Numbered from the stretch's first letter, positions 8,859 through 19,154 are shown. The stretch: 32,000 bases of DNA from Xylella taiwanensis (GCF_013177435.1 NZ_CP053627.1:2130001-2162000); one strand, 5' to 3'. Numbers and translations: made by a program. The notes: a model not told the origin generated them from the sequence alone.

Positions 8859-10415
8859 TCAGCAACCGGGTTGCATACTGCGATTGCGAGCAAGATAGTC
8901 AGCAAATCCGGGGGCGCTTAATGGACGTGAGAACAACCAACCTTGAGCCATATCCACACCACGCGCACGCAGATAAACGAGTTGTTCCTCACGCTCAACA
9001 CCTTCAGCAATCGTACGCATGCCCAATTCCTTCGCTATGTCGATAATGTGCGAAGCAACCGCTGTGTTATTGGCATCACGCCCGACCGTGTCGATGAACG
9101 ATTTGTCAATCTTCAGCACGTCCAAGGGGAGTTGCTGCAGATACTGCAAACTTGAATAACCGGTACCGAAGTCGTCGATCACCACGGCATATCCAGCCTC
9201 GCGCAGGCGAACAATATGCTCGCGTGCGGCACACGCATCCATGAAACTGCGCTCCGTTGCTTCGATCCATATTTGTTCGCTGCATACACCACTGCCTTGT
9301 AAAGCAAGCTTCAACACCTCCAGCACGCGTCCTGATTCGATGTCCCTGACTGAAACATTGATCGCCACGTGCAGCGAACGATCGGCCACCAGTAATGGCC
9401 CCAATTCACGCATGGACTCTGCAACGACTTGATCGGTGATTGGAAGAATTAAACCGCTCCGCTCGGCCAGTGGAATGAACTGGTCCGGCAAGATCAACGT
9501 ACCGTCGTGCTGGCGCCAGCGCACCAATGCTTCTGCACCGACACAACGATTCTCGCTCAGTGAGACGATCGGTTGATAGCAAACCAAGAATTCACATCGC
9601 TGCACCGCCTGACGTAACCGAGTCAACGGAGAACGCCGCCGGCGCACATACAAGATCGCGAAGCCACACAAGCTCAATGAAACCAATAAAGCAAGCGGGA
9701 TTGCTCGCCACTCTTTGCGATGGACCGCACCTACCAACTGTTGTATTGGTTCAATGACGGCGATCTGCCAATCATGATCACGATTCTGGATGCGGGCCGC
9801 TACCAAGCCATGCAAAGTATCGCCCGCACGTTTACCAAACAGTGCCTTCACATGAGCACCGGTGCTCTGTAGCAGTACCCCATTCATGGTGGCCACTGCC
9901 AATTCAACACCCGGTGGAATTGAAAAATCAGTAATGGTGCTGAGCTTCATCAGCGCATGGTAGTTACCATGGTGCAGACCCAGCAGACGCTGCTCAGGGT
10001 TCACCTTTGAAGGTACCCGCTTCACCAGTTCAAGGCCATCGTCTCTGGCATAGTTGGCCGGCGGCTCTTTGCGCGCAACATCAAACAGTCCCCACGATGT
10101 GCAGCGCAGCTTCTGTGCCGGAACATAGTCGAGTTCTGTGATGTAGTGGGTAGACAGCACCAATGCACGCATCCGCGTGATGTGCTCTGGAGAACACGGG
10201 GTCAGCTGCGAATGCTCTATGTCTGACAGTACCAACAATGATTCAACAACAATTTGATCCACTCGCTGGCCCAATTGCTGAGCCAAGTCACGTAGGCGCT
10301 GCTGCTCGTGACGCTGGGTCGTGAACCAAGCATAGTAATCAGCCAAGGCCACTGAAACGGCAAGACACGCTATGCAAAGCGTGGCACCAACGATACGAGC
10401 CCAACGACGTTTCAA
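8859..10415 (-). CDS. Membrane-bound c-di-GMP phosphodiesterase with a CSS-motif-type periplasmic sensor and an EAL domain
   Basis: 518 aa. Two TM segments (IVGATLCIACLAVSVALADYYAWF and IPLALLVSLSLCGFAILYV) bracket a ~220-aa loop with two Cys (TPCSPEH, LRCTSWG). The EAL domain carries intact catalytic motifs: GAEALVRW, NVS, EATE, DDFGTGYSSLQYL, KIDKSF, EGVE, QGW. The start codon is TTG with no obvious Shine-Dalgarno. Confidence 0.9.
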   Translation of the reverse strand: MKRRWARIVGATLCIACLAVSVALADYYAWFTTQRHEQQRLRDLAQQLGQRVDQIVVESLLVLSDIEHSQLTPCSPEHITRMRALVLSTHYITELDYVPAQKLRCTSWGLFDVARKEPPANYARDDGLELVKRVPSKVNPEQRLLGLHHGNYHALMKLSTITDFSIPPGVELAVATMNGVLLQSTGAHVKALFGKRAGDTLHGLVAARIQNRDHDWQIAVIEPIQQLVGAVHRKEWRAIPLALLVSLSLCGFAILYVRRRRSPLTRLRQAVQRCEFLVCYQPIVSLSENRCVGAEALVRWRQHDGTLILPDQFIPLAERSGLILPITDQVVAESMRELGPLLVADRSLHVAINVSVRDIESGRVLEVLKLALQGSGVCSEQIWIEATERSFMDACAAREHIVRLREAGYAVVIDDFGTGYSSLQYLQQLPLDVLKIDKSFIDTVGRDANNTAVASHIIDIAKELGMRTIAEGVEREEQLVYLRARGVDMAQGWLFSRPLSAPGFADYLARNRSMQPGC

Positions 10416-10538
10416 GGGAGGGTCACAAAGTCACAGCAATGACAGCCAAGAGATTCGAAATACTGGAGTGCACACTGCATCTGAATAACGCCACGGTATA
10501 TCCAACACAATTGTTAGCCACTTAAATCTGGAGAATTT

Positions 10539-10556
10539 ATATTACTTAAGTAATAT
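10539..10556. promoter_or_regulatory. 18-bp perfect palindrome ATATTACTTAAGTAATAT, about 125 nt upstream of the EAL gene start
   Basis: Read directly; the two 9-nt halves are exact reverse complements. Its function is unknown (operator-like). Confidence 0.3.
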
Positions 10557-12719
10557 TTTCCATTTTATTTCTACATGGGATCACAACAGGCGGAATCACC
10601 TGCGCTGACTGGTGGGTGCCGGAGACTTCTCCAGCACTCCTGTAGAAAGACAGCCATCTTACTGAAAGATCTACAGCCGTGCCGCACTGAGCAGCACCAT
10701 TCATCATCCTCTGGAACCCCCTCTGAACAGCATGCATTGCCTCCAATCTACACATCTGCACAGCAGCTGCATACAACACGCTGATCGGAAGCAGTCGCAA
10801 CAACTGCACACTTTAATAAAAATATTCGCTCCACACACTGGCCTGTGAATCATGCAGTCATGCTCCAAATCTTAAAGCGTGTTGATCGCACATCTCGGAC
10901 TGCAACACACACCACTTAAACCCTTTTGTTTAGTTAACAATACTCTCCTGGCTGCAAGACAAATGCGTATTTAACCGTATCGCGTATGTGCCTCAAGATC
11001 TGTACTCCACTAGCCACAATGATCTATTTGCAGTGAGGATACGAATACAACGCTGACACGGTATGACCTCGCCTGCATCCGACACGACTGCCTGGCTACT
11101 CAGCAAACCAAGCTGAATGATGCGGGCACCGACTTCATCGACCAGGACAACTGCAGCAACAATCCGTACTGAATCACCGGCACCACCACCCTTGCTCTCC
11201 GACCTGCTGCGCGACCGGGATCGATCGGCATCACTCAGCAACGTTTTGATAACACGACCTGTCACCCCTGAACAGCCAAAGGTTACCGTGACGCTGGTGG
11301 GATGAGACCCATGCAGAAAAGATTGATACCTCATCGAACGTTGCAGCTGCACTCCATGCATTCTCATTAAACGCATGGCGTGTAACGATCAACTGGATCA
11401 GGATGGTCGGTGACATTTCTCAAACTTATTGCAACTGTCCAGTTCATATGCTGCGGACCAACAAGGGCGGAAACCACAAAACCGCGGCAACTCATGACAG
11501 GAAAAAATTCAAGCAATCGCATTTTCTTCTACAACGATGTACCTGAATTCTCTCGATGCTTGCCGTCTATTCCAAGACAATCAGGTCTCAAACGACACAA
11601 TGTCTCCGGCATACCGTCCACCACCCAGGGTGGAGACTCACAGGTGATGTGCTTTGCATCCGTGCTGGCATGGAACTGTCACGTCCTACTGAAATAGGGA
11701 CAACAATGTCATGCACTGGAATCCCGCACTGATCTAACTGCATCTGGGCAGCGGCTTTAACAGCTATGTACTAGGTGTGATCATCAAGCCTGTCATGTGG
11801 TCGTATCACCGGACATCCGCATCGACCTGTTCATGGATACAAAGTACCTGCTTGCCACTGTCAAAGGTTGGTCAATACCTTCCCGAAGCCCGTCATGGAT
11901 CACCCTTGCAGTTCTGAAGATGCGTTTTTCGAATCAGATCGCACAGACACCGCTACTAAGCTAGCGGTGGTATCTGGACGTGCAGCATGGACACACCCGC
12001 CCACCAGCATTGCGGTCACACTGCACCTCCGTGAGCGCTCCAAGCTGGCAGAAGTCCGCGTCCACAACGCTGATTGCGAAGTACTTCGAGGGCCGACATG
12101 GCAACCAAACCTGCGCTGTTCATTCGGCGCAGGAGCACATCGACCTGGAGGGAGTGTCTGCTGAAAATCGATGAGAGCCCCTCCTGCAAGCAACACGAAC
12201 ACAGGCAACCTGTGCTGGTATCGGCAAATAGTCTCTTCACTGTGCGCTGCGCTTTGGTGCGCATATCTCAGGCTGAAATCGCTCATTTTCCACCGCATGT
12301 CGCTTCTGGTGTCCGGCCAGATGAACTGACACCTGTGCGGAACGGAACATGCTGGGCAAAATGGGCGATGTGCTGTGCTGCGAAGGTGGCATTCCAGTTC
12401 CACTCCAGTCTTGCGGAAGCGCCACAAACAAACGTCGCACCTCTCAACAGACGAGACACCGTGCAAGCCCTCGAATCCTTCACAGCACTCCATCGGCTGG
12501 TAAGCAGTGTCTCAATACAACAAACATTCAAAGGACACGTCGCCGCATGTGCATCCAGAGTGTCATTGGCTGTGCCGCAAGACGCCTGCGAATGCGCATC
12601 GGACATTGATGGTTTAAGGAAGGGATTTTTGCACTGAGCATGGCGCATCAGGCGGCGCGATTGGTCCGAAGTGTCCTTGGAAGCGAACCGTCTGGATGGC
12701 GTATACAACTTGCATGCCG

Positions 12720-13830
12720 TGAAGGAGCTCAGCAGTGACTCCAGCCAAGCACTGTTGTGGTTGGGAGCCTGGCAGAGTAGGTCCTTGATGTCCCCATAGA
12801 TGGCTTGGGAAATGGAAGGGGGGGAACGCCAGGCAACACTGGGCCTGTGAAATGGGGAGTGCTTGACACGCCGTGGTTCGGAATGACGCAGTGGCGGGGT
12901 CGCATGTTTCGCCATCCTGGACCCTGGAGGTCAGGCCAATCAGCCACCGATACTGCTGAAGCGCGGGGGCTTGTGCACCACGCCGGGAAGCAGAAGGGAA
13001 GACCTGCCACACCCCTTAGCACACGCACTTCGGGTGGTAGCAGGCTTGGTATAGGCTTCGCACTCGACGGAGGAATCATCAAGGCATTCGACAACAGCTA
13101 TGCCACTGGCCTATTGCTTTGGATGCTAAGCAAAATTGCCTTTCCAACTTGATCGTTGTAGATGCGCTTCATGCGAGGCTTCCCGAAGCACACATCATCG
13201 CACTGCAACAAAAATTCGCCATCTCACAGCGATTGAATACGAGCGTTTACAAGAAGCCTGGATGATTGGCCCTTGTGCCAGACATCAGGAGCAAGCCAAT
13301 GGCCGACGGTGTCCGTTACATGTTGCTCAACGACAGCTGTGCTGTCCCTATCACCTGGAGGGTGGGTAAACGCATTGCTGATGCATCGACCACGTCACTG
13401 ATGGAGCGTGCAGCATCAGCAATCTTTTATAAGCATGCAAAGGCACAGCGCTCCAGCAAGCGCACCAACACGCATTGGTTCTGTTGCATAAAAGGATGGA
13501 TCACTCAATGGCTGCAACCCCAGAGGCATTGCAAGCAATCACACCGACACCAGTTGAGAGGCAGAGGTCCACTACATTCACTAGAAAACAGGCTGCCGGA
13601 AATGAAGAAGGAAGTGATGGCTGCTGAGACATTGGAGTACATCATCAGGCTACCCAAAGTGATCGAAACAGCGACGTTCTCTGAACCGTCTAGCCACCGC
13701 ATGATGAAGGGGGAGAGATTCCCACAACTGCATCGCGTCAGGGGCTAAAAATCGGCTGGCTTGCATTGGACATTGGCGTTTTGATTCACCACAGGGGACA
13801 GCGCTCAGTGAATCCAGGTGCTGCGCCCAC
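12720..13830 (-). pseudogene. Shattered P4/CP4-57-type tyrosine integrase (DUF4102 N-domain plus phage-integrase catalytic domain)
   Basis: Colinear minus-strand fragments in at least four different frames match remembered integrase landmarks. They are LAPDAMQLWESL (..tPsGsKlWrfrY), ITLGS..NVSAA (l.LGsyPevSLaeAR) and WSAVPLHAYKRLL..VYPP (Ws..ha....l...vfP). Further on come ALMIPPSSAK (alW.IPa.rmK), QVFPSASRRG (yvFPs), ATASFRTT (taHGFR), CCLAF (qLaH) and AIYGD..AWLESLL (aaY.r...rr.lm..Wa.yl). Several stops and frameshifts interrupt them. Boundaries are approximate. Confidence 0.6.
12818..12824. repeat. G7 (C7 on the integrase sense strand) homopolymer tract
   Basis: Read directly (aagggggggaa). 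It lies where the integrase-like reading switches from the frame giving ..CCLAFPP to the frame giving ..SPPSISQAIYGD. Confidence 0.9.
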
Positions 13831-14437
13831 TCAGACTGCGTCTCGATGCACTTAAATCTAAGCATCCAACGTGATGATAGGGCGCTCCGCTCTGGTCCAT
13901 TTTGGTGTGTGCGCACTGAAATGCGGCGCTCACCGATCAGCGTGCGGATGCAATCACCTGGACATCATGCCCAGATACACGATGTATATCCGTATTTGCA
14001 AGCCGCATTCACTACCTCTGGCAACATGTAACACACAGGACGTTCGGAACAAGAGGCTGCCCTCGCCCTATCATGGTCTGCAACTTTCGCCCCATGTTCA
14101 TGCTCGACGCTCCGATGTTGAACATCGAAACTCCCAGTCCACGTTGTAGCCCGCAACGCTTTTTTAAAGCCGCAGGTGTGCAAAAAGTTCAACCACGATC
14201 GCCGGTGATGCGATGACCAGCGTACTTGGAAGGAGCACTCAAATACACTGGCGTTGTTTGGCGGTAGCGCCGTTATGTTTCGTCCCATAACATCGTTGAC
14301 ATCAAGCCACACCTTGCAGCCAAATCATTGAAATTGAGCACCAGTAACCCACACAGCATCCTTAACATCCAAAACACTGACGCCGCCAGAAACCGCAACA
14401 CATCAACGGCGCATGTGGATTACTAGACAATGCGACC

Positions 14438-15577
14438 ATGAGCATGACTGAACTCACACCGCATCAAGCGTGGTCTCTCATCGCCCGTGGTGCCGCTTTC
14501 ATTGACGTACGCCAACCCTATGAGCGGGTGAGCGGCCAAGCCGAAGGTGCACTCGGAATCGACCAGGACACACTCGAAGCCAATGCCAGCACACATCTAC
14601 CCGATACAAACGCGGAGATCGTACTGATCTGTCAGTCCGGTCAGCGCTCCCGGTACACCGGCGAGCGACTGCAAGCGGCCGGCTATCGGCGGTTGTACTC
14701 GGTCGCTGGCGGAACGGATGCATGGCGCGAGGCTGGGCTGCGATTGCTACGCCCTACCCTGACCACTGACGAGCAGGACTTCATGGAGCGTTACGCGCAC
14801 CACTTACGCTTGCCTCAGATCGGGCCACATGGACAGCAGCGCCTGACAGAAGCACGTGTGCTGCTGATTGGTGCCGGTGGCCTGGGATCACCCGCCGCGT
14901 TCTACTTGACTGCCGCCGGCGTCGGCCATCTGCGCATCGCCGACAATGACACGGTTGAACGTAGCAACCTGCAACGACAGATTCTGCACGTGGATGCGGA
15001 ATTGGGGGCTCCCAAGGCCGCATCGGCAGCACGGCGCCTGACGGCTCTGAATCCACACGTCCAGATCGAGGCAATGCAGGTACGAGCGAATTCCAGCAAC
15101 ATCGAAGCGCTGTTGCAGGACGTCGACGTAGCCATCGACGGTGCCGACAATTTCCCAGCGCGATACCTGCTCAACGACGCTTGCGTCAAGCTGGGCATAC
15201 CTCTGGTCTACGGTGCAGTACACCAGTTTGAGGGCCAAGTCAGTGTCTTCGATGCCGGCCGCCTACGTGGACAGGCGCCGTGTTATCGCTGTCTGTTCCC
15301 GGAGCCACCGCTGCCAGAATTCACCCCCAGTTGCACCGAAGCCGGGGTGCTCGGTGTGTTGCCTGGTGTCATCGGGATGCTCCAAGCCACCGAAGCACTC
15401 AAGCTGCTGCTGGGTATTGGCAAGCCCCTACGCGGACGTGTGCTCTGTTTCGATGCGCTGGCCATGCACTTTCGGGAAATACGTCTGGCCCCGGATCCGG
15501 AGTGTCCACTTTGTGCGCCAGGACGGGCGTTCCCCGGGTACATTGACTATGCCGCATTCTGCCGCAATCCACTCTAA
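14438..15577 (+). CDS. Rhodanese-domain / ThiF-MoeB-HesA family E1-like adenylyltransferase (sulfur-carrier protein activating enzyme)
   Basis: 379 aa. Residues ~1-100 form a rhodanese domain with active-site loop ICQSGQRSR. The rest is ThiF/MoeB: RYAHHLRLPQIG, nucleotide loop LLIGAGGLGSPAAFYL, RSNLQRQILH, and zinc-type CxxC pairs (CYRC, CPLC). ThiS-type and MoaD-type partners cannot be told apart from the sequence alone. Confidence 0.85.
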   Translation: MSMTELTPHQAWSLIARGAAFIDVRQPYERVSGQAEGALGIDQDTLEANASTHLPDTNAEIVLICQSGQRSRYTGERLQAAGYRRLYSVAGGTDAWREAGLRLLRPTLTTDEQDFMERYAHHLRLPQIGPHGQQRLTEARVLLIGAGGLGSPAAFYLTAAGVGHLRIADNDTVERSNLQRQILHVDAELGAPKAASAARRLTALNPHVQIEAMQVRANSSNIEALLQDVDVAIDGADNFPARYLLNDACVKLGIPLVYGAVHQFEGQVSVFDAGRLRGQAPCYRCLFPEPPLPEFTPSCTEAGVLGVLPGVIGMLQATEALKLLLGIGKPLRGRVLCFDALAMHFREIRLAPDPECPLCAPGRAFPGYIDYAAFCRNPL

Positions 15578-15797
15578 GCAGTATGCTCAGCCCAGCCGAT
15601 AAACCAACACATGGCACTGCTCTCACCAGCAACCAAAGCAGATGTGCCTTTCATCGGTAAAATCGAAATATGCAGCACATCCACCCTCGATATCGACCAG
15701 AATTTAACTGGATCACTGCAGAAATAGAGCCAGCCTCCTTAAAGGCAAGAGGCGTTACGATTCTCCCGAGGCATACATGGGGCTGGCACAATCGGCC

Positions 15798-17198
15798 TCA
15801 TTGCTTGCGCTTCACATGGCGGATCAAACGGCGTCTACGCTGGATCTGGCGTTCGCTCAACACGTTCTTCCTACCTTCATAAGGATTGTCACCCTCTCTG
15901 AACAGGAAACGTACCGGGGTGCCAACCAGTTTGAAATGCTTACGGAAGAAATTTTCTAGGTAACGCTTGTACGTATCCGGCAACATTTTCAGGCGGGTTC
16001 CATGAACGATGAAGGTTGGCGGGTTACTGCCAGCCGGATGTACATAACGCAACTTAGACACATGACCACGTATGCTCGGCGGCGGAGTGGTTTGGTAAGC
16101 AATTTCCAGCGCTTTATTGACTTCGCTGGTGGTGAACTGACGCACCGCCGCCGCATGAGCACGGTGAATCGCGCTGAATAGCTCACGTAACCCAGAGCCG
16201 TGTTTGGCAGAGAGTCGCACCACCTCGGCCCAATTGACGAAGCTGAATTTACGTGAGAGTAAGCCCTCGGTTTGTTCTCTCTGGTAAGTGCTGAGGCCAT
16301 CCCATTTATTAATAGCCACTACCAGCGCCTTACCAGCGTCCAAGATGGCAGCAAGCACGGTGGCATCCTGGTCAGTCACACCCTCACCGGCATCCAACAG
16401 CAACACTGCAACCTGGCATTGCTCGATCGCCTGCAATGTCTTAAAAGCACTGAATTTTTCCACCGCCTCTTCAACCTTGGACTTGCGTCGTAAGCCCGCG
16501 GTATCGATCAAACGGTACTGGTACTCGTCACGCTCCAAATCAACCGCGATCGAATCACGGGTTGTGCCAGGCAACTCCGAGGCAATCATCCGCTCCTCGC
16601 CAAGCAGGCGGTTAACCAATGTCGATTTACCGACATTCGGCCGACCAACAAAAGCAATATGGATACGCCCTGAATCCTCATCCAGAATTTTGCCAATCCC
16701 GCGTTCAGGCAGCCACGCAAGCACCTGTTCGACAAGGTCATCCAAGCCTTGACGATGCACAGCAGAGATCGGCACTACATCGGAAAAACCGTAGTGAGCA
16801 AACTCCGAATGCACCGTAGCATCACTAACACCATCAATCTTGTTGATCACCAGCAACGTAGGCTGCGATCGCTTGCGTAACCAAGCAAGGATATCGTCGT
16901 CAAGCACAGACGCACCCTCACGCGCGTTGACCACAAACAGCACCACATCAGCCTCAGCCGCAGCAACGCGCGCCTGACGCGCAGTGGCGCCGGCCAAGCC
17001 ATCTTCTTTACCAACGATGCCTCCAGTATCGACGACAACAAACGAGGGCTGCCCCTCAAGGCGGCAAACCCCATAGTGACGATCACGGGTGACACCGGGT
17101 TGGTCATGTACCAGTGCATCACGCGTGAGCGTCAACGCATTGAACAAGGTCGACTTACCAACGTTCGGCCGTCCAACCAGGGCGACCAAAGGGAGCAT
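15798..17198 (-). CDS. der: Ribosome-associated GTPase Der (EngA), tandem GTPase domains plus KH-like C-terminus
   Basis: 466 aa. It has two G1 motifs ([14 protein letters not shown] and [14 protein letters not shown]), two DTAG/DTGG motifs and two NKxD motifs. It sits in the conserved position after bamB. Confidence 0.97.
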   Translation of the reverse strand: MLPLVALVGRPNVGKSTLFNALTLTRDALVHDQPGVTRDRHYGVCRLEGQPSFVVVDTGGIVGKEDGLAGATARQARVAAAEADVVLFVVNAREGASVLDDDILAWLRKRSQPTLLVINKIDGVSDATVHSEFAHYGFSDVVPISAVHRQGLDDLVEQVLAWLPERGIGKILDEDSGRIHIAFVGRPNVGKSTLVNRLLGEERMIASELPGTTRDSIAVDLERDEYQYRLIDTAGLRRKSKVEEAVEKFSAFKTLQAIEQCQVAVLLLDAGEGVTDQDATVLAAILDAGKALVVAINKWDGLSTYQREQTEGLLSRKFSFVNWAEVVRLSAKHGSGLRELFSAIHRAHAAAVRQFTTSEVNKALEIAYQTTPPPSIRGHVSKLRYVHPAGSNPPTFIVHGTRLKMLPDTYKRYLENFFRKHFKLVGTPVRFLFREGDNPYEGRKNVLSERQIQRRRRLIRHVKRKQ

Positions 17199-17215
17199 CG
17201 CATCAAAATCCGTAA

Positions 17216-18439
17216 TTATTGCATCAGACGAAAAGCAGCAAGCTTTCCGTTGGCACTTTGAACCAGAAGCACACTGTCGGCAACAACAGGTTGGCCAACG
17301 ATAGCGGCATTCCCAGAGCGTTCGCGAGCAGCGAGCGCACCGTCACTAAGACGCAACCAGTGCACATAGCCTTCGTAGTCACCCACCACGGCGTAGTCTC
17401 CCTGGATCGCCACGCCTGTCAAGGAGCGGCGCGCCAAGGCAGGTTGAGACCAGGAGGCACTGCCGGTCGGCTTGTCCAATCCCCATACGGTGCCAGCATT
17501 ATCAGCCACCACGACATAACCGGAAGAAACACCGACACCACCAGCTCCACCGTGTTCACGATTCCAAAGCATACGACCGCTCGACCTATCAATCGCAACG
17601 GTCTCATTCTTATAGCTGGTTGCATACAAGGTGTTTGCTTCCAGGACAGGCACGCCGTCGACGTCAGCCATGCGTTCCAATTCACTGCGACCTTCCGGTA
17701 TAGCAACGGACTGTACCCACAGGGAACGGCCGTCATGCATCGCTAATGCGCTGATGGTACCGTCGTCGTTGCCGACGAACAACAGATCCGGCCCAGGGAT
17801 CACTGGTGCATTACCACGAACGGTCAAGGTGGGTGACTCTCGTTCACTAAACCAGCGACGTTTACCAGTAGCAACGTCAAATGCGGTCACGCGACCGTCG
17901 TTACTGCGCACGAAGACCAGATTCTGCGCCACAGCCGGCGCTGCAATCACCTCGTTGGGTACATTGGCACGCCACTTCTCGCTACCATCGCTCTGGTTCA
18001 AAGCGATCACTTGACCATCCAACGTACCAATCACCACCAAGCCATCCCCGACACCGGGACCGCCAGCAAGACGCGGCATGGATTTCTTATTGTCTTTCGC
18101 GTTACGTCCTTGACTCGCAACATACTTCCACAACATCTTTCCGGTGTGTAAATCCAGTGCAAACACACCACCACTGATTGCCGCTGCGTATACCTTGCCA
18201 TCGACCACAGCCGGGTGTTGACGCACAGCGATACGGCCCTCACCTTTCCCCAGATCCACAGACCAAAGCTTGCCAACCTTCATTGTCGGAGTAAAACCCA
18301 CCAGATCAGCGGGCTCTTGAGCCTTTTTAGCATCGGCGTCCTTGCCGCGAAAAACACTTTTCACACTGCCACATCCGACCAAAAGCGTCGCCAACAATGC
18401 AGCGGTGACAAATTGCGTGAACTTCATAACATCTCTCAT
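17216..18439 (-). CDS. bamB: Outer-membrane protein assembly factor BamB (PQQ-like beta-propeller lipoprotein)
   Basis: 407 aa. It has a lipobox LLVGC|GS and repeated ..G.v.A.d..tG...W beta-propeller blades. It follows yfgM as in E. coli. The ATG at 18427 (MKFTQF..) is an alternative start. Confidence 0.9.
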   Translation of the reverse strand: MRDVMKFTQFVTAALLATLLVGCGSVKSVFRGKDADAKKAQEPADLVGFTPTMKVGKLWSVDLGKGEGRIAVRQHPAVVDGKVYAAAISGGVFALDLHTGKMLWKYVASQGRNAKDNKKSMPRLAGGPGVGDGLVVIGTLDGQVIALNQSDGSEKWRANVPNEVIAAPAVAQNLVFVRSNDGRVTAFDVATGKRRWFSERESPTLTVRGNAPVIPGPDLLFVGNDDGTISALAMHDGRSLWVQSVAIPEGRSELERMADVDGVPVLEANTLYATSYKNETVAIDRSSGRMLWNREHGGAGGVGVSSGYVVVADNAGTVWGLDKPTGSASWSQPALARRSLTGVAIQGDYAVVGDYEGYVHWLRLSDGALAARERSGNAAIVGQPVVADSVLLVQSANGKLAAFRLMQ

Positions 18440-19078
18440 TTAAATCGGATCCACAGGCCCGGGCACCAGGCCTCCCACATCCATCAACTTGATTTCTAGA
18501 ATGCGGCGCTGCGGCGCAGCTATATCGACCATAGAGAGCGCTTTAGCGTAGCGCTCACGTGCCTGTTCCGGCTTGCCAAGCACCAACAACGCGTCACCTT
18601 GAATCTCAAAGCTGACCTCATCCTTGTGGGTAGCCAACAGTTTGTTCGCCTCATCGGCCTTGCCAGTAGCGACCAGCAAACGAGCCAAACGTTGATCGGC
18701 AATCAATCTAAATTGGCTATCAACCGGCAGCGTGCGCAGGATCCTGAGTGCCTCGCCAGTGTTGCCGGCCTCGGACTGAGCCTTAGCGAGCTGCAATGCG
18801 CCAAGCTCGACATACAATCGAGCCTTAGCACCGTCAAGCTTAGCCAGCGCCTGGGCAGCCTTGTCTAACTCCTTAGCCTGGAGCAATTTACCGAAAACAG
18901 CGAACTGCTGCGCAGCAAAGGTGAGCTGGTCGACCTGCTTCACCTTTCTCCAGTGCCAACCTCCAATGACAGCAACACCGAGGAACACACCCAATAACAA
19001 TCCAACGCCGTTCTTACGCAACCAAGTGCGAATGCGTTCGCCATGTTCCTGCTCATCGTGCAAATCGCCGATCGCCAT
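18440..19078 (-). CDS. YfgM-like TPR membrane protein (ancillary SecYEG/BAM-associated family)
   Basis: It has an N-terminal acidic stretch, a single TM (GVGLLLGVFLGVAVIGGW) and Ala/Leu-rich TPR-like repeats. It lies directly upstream of bamB. I prefer the ATG at 19078 (GAGGA Shine-Dalgarno 6 nt upstream) over the track start at 19096. Confidence 0.75.
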   Translation of the reverse strand: MAIGDLHDEQEHGERIRTWLRKNGVGLLLGVFLGVAVIGGWHWRKVKQVDQLTFAAQQFAVFGKLLQAKELDKAAQALAKLDGAKARLYVELGALQLAKAQSEAGNTGEALRILRTLPVDSQFRLIADQRLARLLVATGKADEANKLLATHKDEVSFEIQGDALLVLGKPEQARERYAKALSMVDIAAPQRRILEIKLMDVGGLVPGPVDPI

Positions 19079-19154
19079 CGATATCCTCAAACCCACCGTT
19101 CCAGTGGGACCTATTTAATTTAAAAACGGAAAACGCAATGCTGTGGGCTGTGAT

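Noticed and set aside
10993-11416. The minus-strand ORF contains P-loop-like pieces (FGCSGVTGRVIKTLL; SKGGGAGDS...VVLVDEVGA). They could be a relic of an ABC ATPase or a ParA-type partition ATPase.
   Set aside because: Both interpretations need ad hoc insertions or deletions to fit Walker A/B spacing, and the two readings contradict each other. That is not enough to make a call.
12440-12492. The sequence ..ccctcgaatccttcacagcactcca resembles a tRNA T-loop (TCGAATCC) ending in CCA. It could be an attachment-site remnant for the integrase relic.
   Set aside because: I could not fold a T-stem or acceptor stem, because the flanking bases are not complementary. No other cloverleaf elements are present, so it is most likely chance.
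13617-13748. The plus-strand reading MAAETLEYIIRLPKVIETATFSEPSSHRMMKGERFPQLHRVRG looks like an AlpA/MerR-type prophage regulator (..lRlpeV...tGlSrstiyrlm..G.FP.p..lG).
   Set aside because: The same DNA on the minus strand gives ..ITLGS..NVSAA.. . That fits the integrase DUF4102 domain and is colinear with five further integrase landmarks downstream. The AlpA-like match is short, truncated and isolated, so I treat it as coincidental.
10519-13859. An 11-nt direct repeat, cacttaaatct, occurs near 10519 and near 13849. It roughly brackets the island relic and could be att sites.
   Set aside because: Over a hundred 11-mer matches are expected by chance at this window size. The match does not extend, and neither copy abuts a tRNA.
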